A stretch of DNA of 64,000 nucleotides from Podarcis erhardii. Lineage: Eukaryota. The number at the start of each line of letters is the position of its first letter. Positions within the stretch are counted from its first letter, which is position 1. The notes below the pieces were generated by a model that saw nothing but the letters and a program-made list of their open reading frames with translations, ran no database searches and was not told the DNA's origin. Below are positions 61,011 through 64,000 of the stretch, piece after piece. The stretch is taken from assembly GCA_964252035.1 (NCBI GenBank), contig OZ176202.1. One strand, given 5' to 3'. A program made the position numbers and the translations under genes.

Positions 61011-62870
61011 TTATTGTGGGTATAATGTGTATTTATTTCTTAAATTTCTATACTGCTGTTCATCTGAGGATCACGGGGCAGTTTACAATACAAAAACAGA
61101 AATATATGATGGTTGCAGGGTCCAGATCAGTTTATATGGGGAGAGGCAGTCCTTAAGGTATTGCAGTCCTCAGCCATTTAAGGATTTTTAGGTCAAAAGT
61201 AGCACTTTGCATTAGGAAACTAATTGGGAGCCAGTTCAGTCAGGCCAGGATTGGATTTATACACTCAAGGCAGCCTCACATAGAACTTGTTGCAGTAATC
61301 TAACCTAGAGATATACGTGGCCCAGTATAGCAAGGGAAATCCATATAGACATATCTGATGCACCCCCTAATGAGAATGTATATTGTAATGCATATGTATT
61401 CTTAACATGAGGAAAAGTCACTTGAGTGATGATGTGGAAGAAGATTAAATCTTCTTCTCCTGATTGCACTCCTAAAAGCAGTTTCTCCTGATCTTAGTTA
61501 TCAAGCTAAGCATTACCTGCATTTCTGTGGAACAAATATTTGGGCCTCATGCACATTCCCATTAGTTCCAGGAAGCAAAACATGCCTAGAGCCTTGATCT
61601 TAATCTTATAAGCACTTTCAAAAATCTTTTTTAAAGAGGTATATGTAAAAAATACATAAATTGCAATCCAAACTCTGACTCCACCAGGCTGGAGGAAGGT
61701 GAGAATTTAGCACAACCCCTTAGTCCCCCAAAGAAGGGGAAGCCAAGGTGAGAGAAGTCCATCTTCCACCAGCAAGCAGCTTGGTGGGCAGAACTCACAT
61801 GCACTGCTGATCCTCCTGGCGTAACAGTAAAAAGGAGGGTGTGCTATGGAGCAGTTTCCTAGGCACCATTTCTTTTTTTTCTTTTTCTTTTTTTAAATAT
61901 TTTTTATTAAGGATTTTCTTGTTTTACAGCAGCCATGCCTTCACAGCCAGGTGGACTGCTCTTGAGATGAGCCCAATTATCAGTAAGCACAACACAGGCC
62001 AGATATAAAGCCTGCATGAGCCACCCACGATTATATGGCACCTCTTATGGTGTGGGACAAAACAATATGTGAACTGAAACACAGTCACCCTTCAAAATTC
62101 ACACTTACTGTACAGTTTTTGAAATTTGGTATGCAGATCTCCAACAAAACAGTGTTTACAAAATGCATATATTAGGAGAAAGTGGACATAAAAATGAATA
62201 TAGTTATGAAAATGAAATACAAAAATGCATTGTATTAAGATAAATTGCAACAATGTGTGTATTAGTCAAAACTGCACACAAAAATGTGTTTAGTAGGAGA
62301 AATTAAAACTAAAATGCCATGAATTTTCATGATTATTTTGAAAAAGAAAATTCACAAATTGCTGCAGAAATATGGAGAACCTAAGACTGGAAAAATGAGA
62401 ATCTGAAAGAACTGAAATTGACAGTTCTTTCATTCCTAGTTTTGAGCTTGCTGAGACTGTTTTCAGCATTCCTAAAGAGCTCGTTGTTGCGTACAGGACT
62501 ATTTTTTATTTTATTTTATGAGTGGAGTTTCAGATTCTGCCTGCCATCTGCATGAGTTATGTCATTCACTCAATACACAGATTTTTGAGCAAATGAGATA
62601 GCTCAAGAAATGGAGTCTCCTTCCAAACTCTAGTATATTATCTGTCAATGTTTGTAGCTTGGTGCATATGAATAGTTTCACAATAGCTGTATTCTACATG
62701 CATTGATAATACAAATTTTTGAACTGCTGCTTTTCTAATGGTGACATACACTGCAATCCTATAAGATAACGTGGAATTATGTTACATAGATCCTAATAGA
62801 AATTTCCATTTAACATGCTTGGATTTAGGGTAATAAAGTGTAATCATATGATGCTTTTTTCTATTTTTAG

Positions 62871-63360
62871 ATACTGGGAAATTGACGTGCCTAGCATTTC
62901 AGATTACATCATTGGAGTAGTCAGTGGAAAACCAGTTACTTTTCAGGGTTGTTTTGTTGCCCGGACTCCTTTTATCATGGCAAAATCAGAAATTCCTCCA
63001 GTCAACGTACATGATGTCTCTATCTCGACTCCAGCTGGTACTGAGCTCATGATAGCATGGTCTGCATGTCATACAACTAAAGCAGTTGTGGTGACAAATT
63101 ATGGAGCTTTCCTAACACATGATGAGTTCAGACATACAAAAAGAATCACATTTCCCTCCACTGTATTAGATCCAGCTGTAGCTCAGAAAGTAAATGATGT
63201 AGCCATAGTACAGGTACACATTGTATTTTTAATAGACAGTTCTGCTTATTTTATAAACAATGACAAGATGTTCAGAGTTGGAAAACAACAAAAACTTCCA
63301 GAAAGAGGAATTCTTGGGATAAAAGAAAGAATCTGGTGTCTAAGGAACTATCCAGTTCAA
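62871..63360 (+). CDS. CATSPERE: CATSPERE exon 9 (YWEIDVPSISDYIIGVVSGKPVTFQGCF...ERIWCLRNYPVQ); gene continues beyond the window
   Basis: Acceptor ttctatttttag|A, donor CAA|GTGAGT; open 490 nt; VTFQ.CF, LM..W.AC and VFLI....Y motifs match recalled CatSper epsilon. Confidence 0.93.
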
Positions 63361-64000
63361 GTGAGTTATTCAAAATATTTTATATTTTAGAGGGTTCATA
63401 TGGACTTATTTTTTATTCATACCACCACAACTTAAAAAACATTGCAGCCTGTTGCTGCCCAGAGCTTCCGGGATGCGGTAGTTTAGCACTGTAAAGCATA
63501 TCCTCTTGGTTGACAGGTAGCACACTCAGAAAGCACTGGCTGCAAGGGAAAGGGCTTTCCTTCAGTTCCCAGACTCGATCTGTCTGGTTAGTAGGTTAGC
63601 AGCCACAAAATAGCATTCAACAGCAACTGAACTTAATGAATGTCAAGAAAAGGGGAATAATGTGACCAGGAGCCAAATGGCAGCAGTCCGCTGAAGCCAT
63701 TCAAGTATGACTTCCCTCCTCCTGACCAAGAGCTGAGGCACATAGCTGAGACAGGCCAAACAGCTTTAGGGAAATGACTTGGACAGTTTATGTGCAAAGT
63801 TTTCCCTGCAGTTTCAAAAGGTTTCCTCTCCTTCAAGATTTTTGAGAAAACTCCTCATTATGGGATTTTTTATATGCCTACCACTTGCCAAGTTTGTGCA
63901 GCATCACCCTACTTCCCTACAAATGGCCATTCTCATCAAGCACACACACCATTCTCATGGTGATGCAAGAAGCATCCAAAATGCAACTTTTCTATAACGT

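Noticed and set aside
61857-61870. 14-bp match tttcctaggcacca shared with about 60280-60293, each followed by a T-rich tract
   Set aside because: It is too short to define a TSD or duplication and probably reflects a shared motif of degenerate L1-associated repeats.

Overview
Eukaryotic genomic DNA, most likely a squamate and probably a lacertid lizard (inferred from Sauria-type SINEs and the MITE families, not from a database search). It holds three spliced genes in the order known from human 1q44. (1) SPMIP3/C1orf100 on +: three well-supported coding exons at 12.4-14.9 kb and an uncertain last exon. (2) A complete 13-exon ADSS2 (adenylosuccinate synthetase 2) on -: CDS 47669 to 21006, 1368 nt, 455 aa, all introns GT-AG with consistent phases. 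(3) The first nine coding exons of CATSPERE on +, 48154-63360, continuing past the window. ADSS2 and CATSPERE are head-to-head across a CpG island, with start codons only 485 bp apart. The rest is introns and intergenic DNA full of SINEs, L2/CR1/L1 fragments, Tc1-mariner/pogo and hAT MITEs, a solo LTR and microsatellites. Almost all ORFs in the supplied track are spurious. I cannot show a new biological system. The best leads are a 749-bp pogo/Tc2-type element in ADSS2 intron 10 whose interior is a chain of about 9 GC-rich hairpins, a uORF cluster in the ADSS2 leader, the compact bidirectional promoter, short L1-ended non-autonomous elements, and a four-level nested insertion in CATSPERE intron 4. 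Comparisons with human proteins and repeat consensus sequences are from memory and need checking by alignment.
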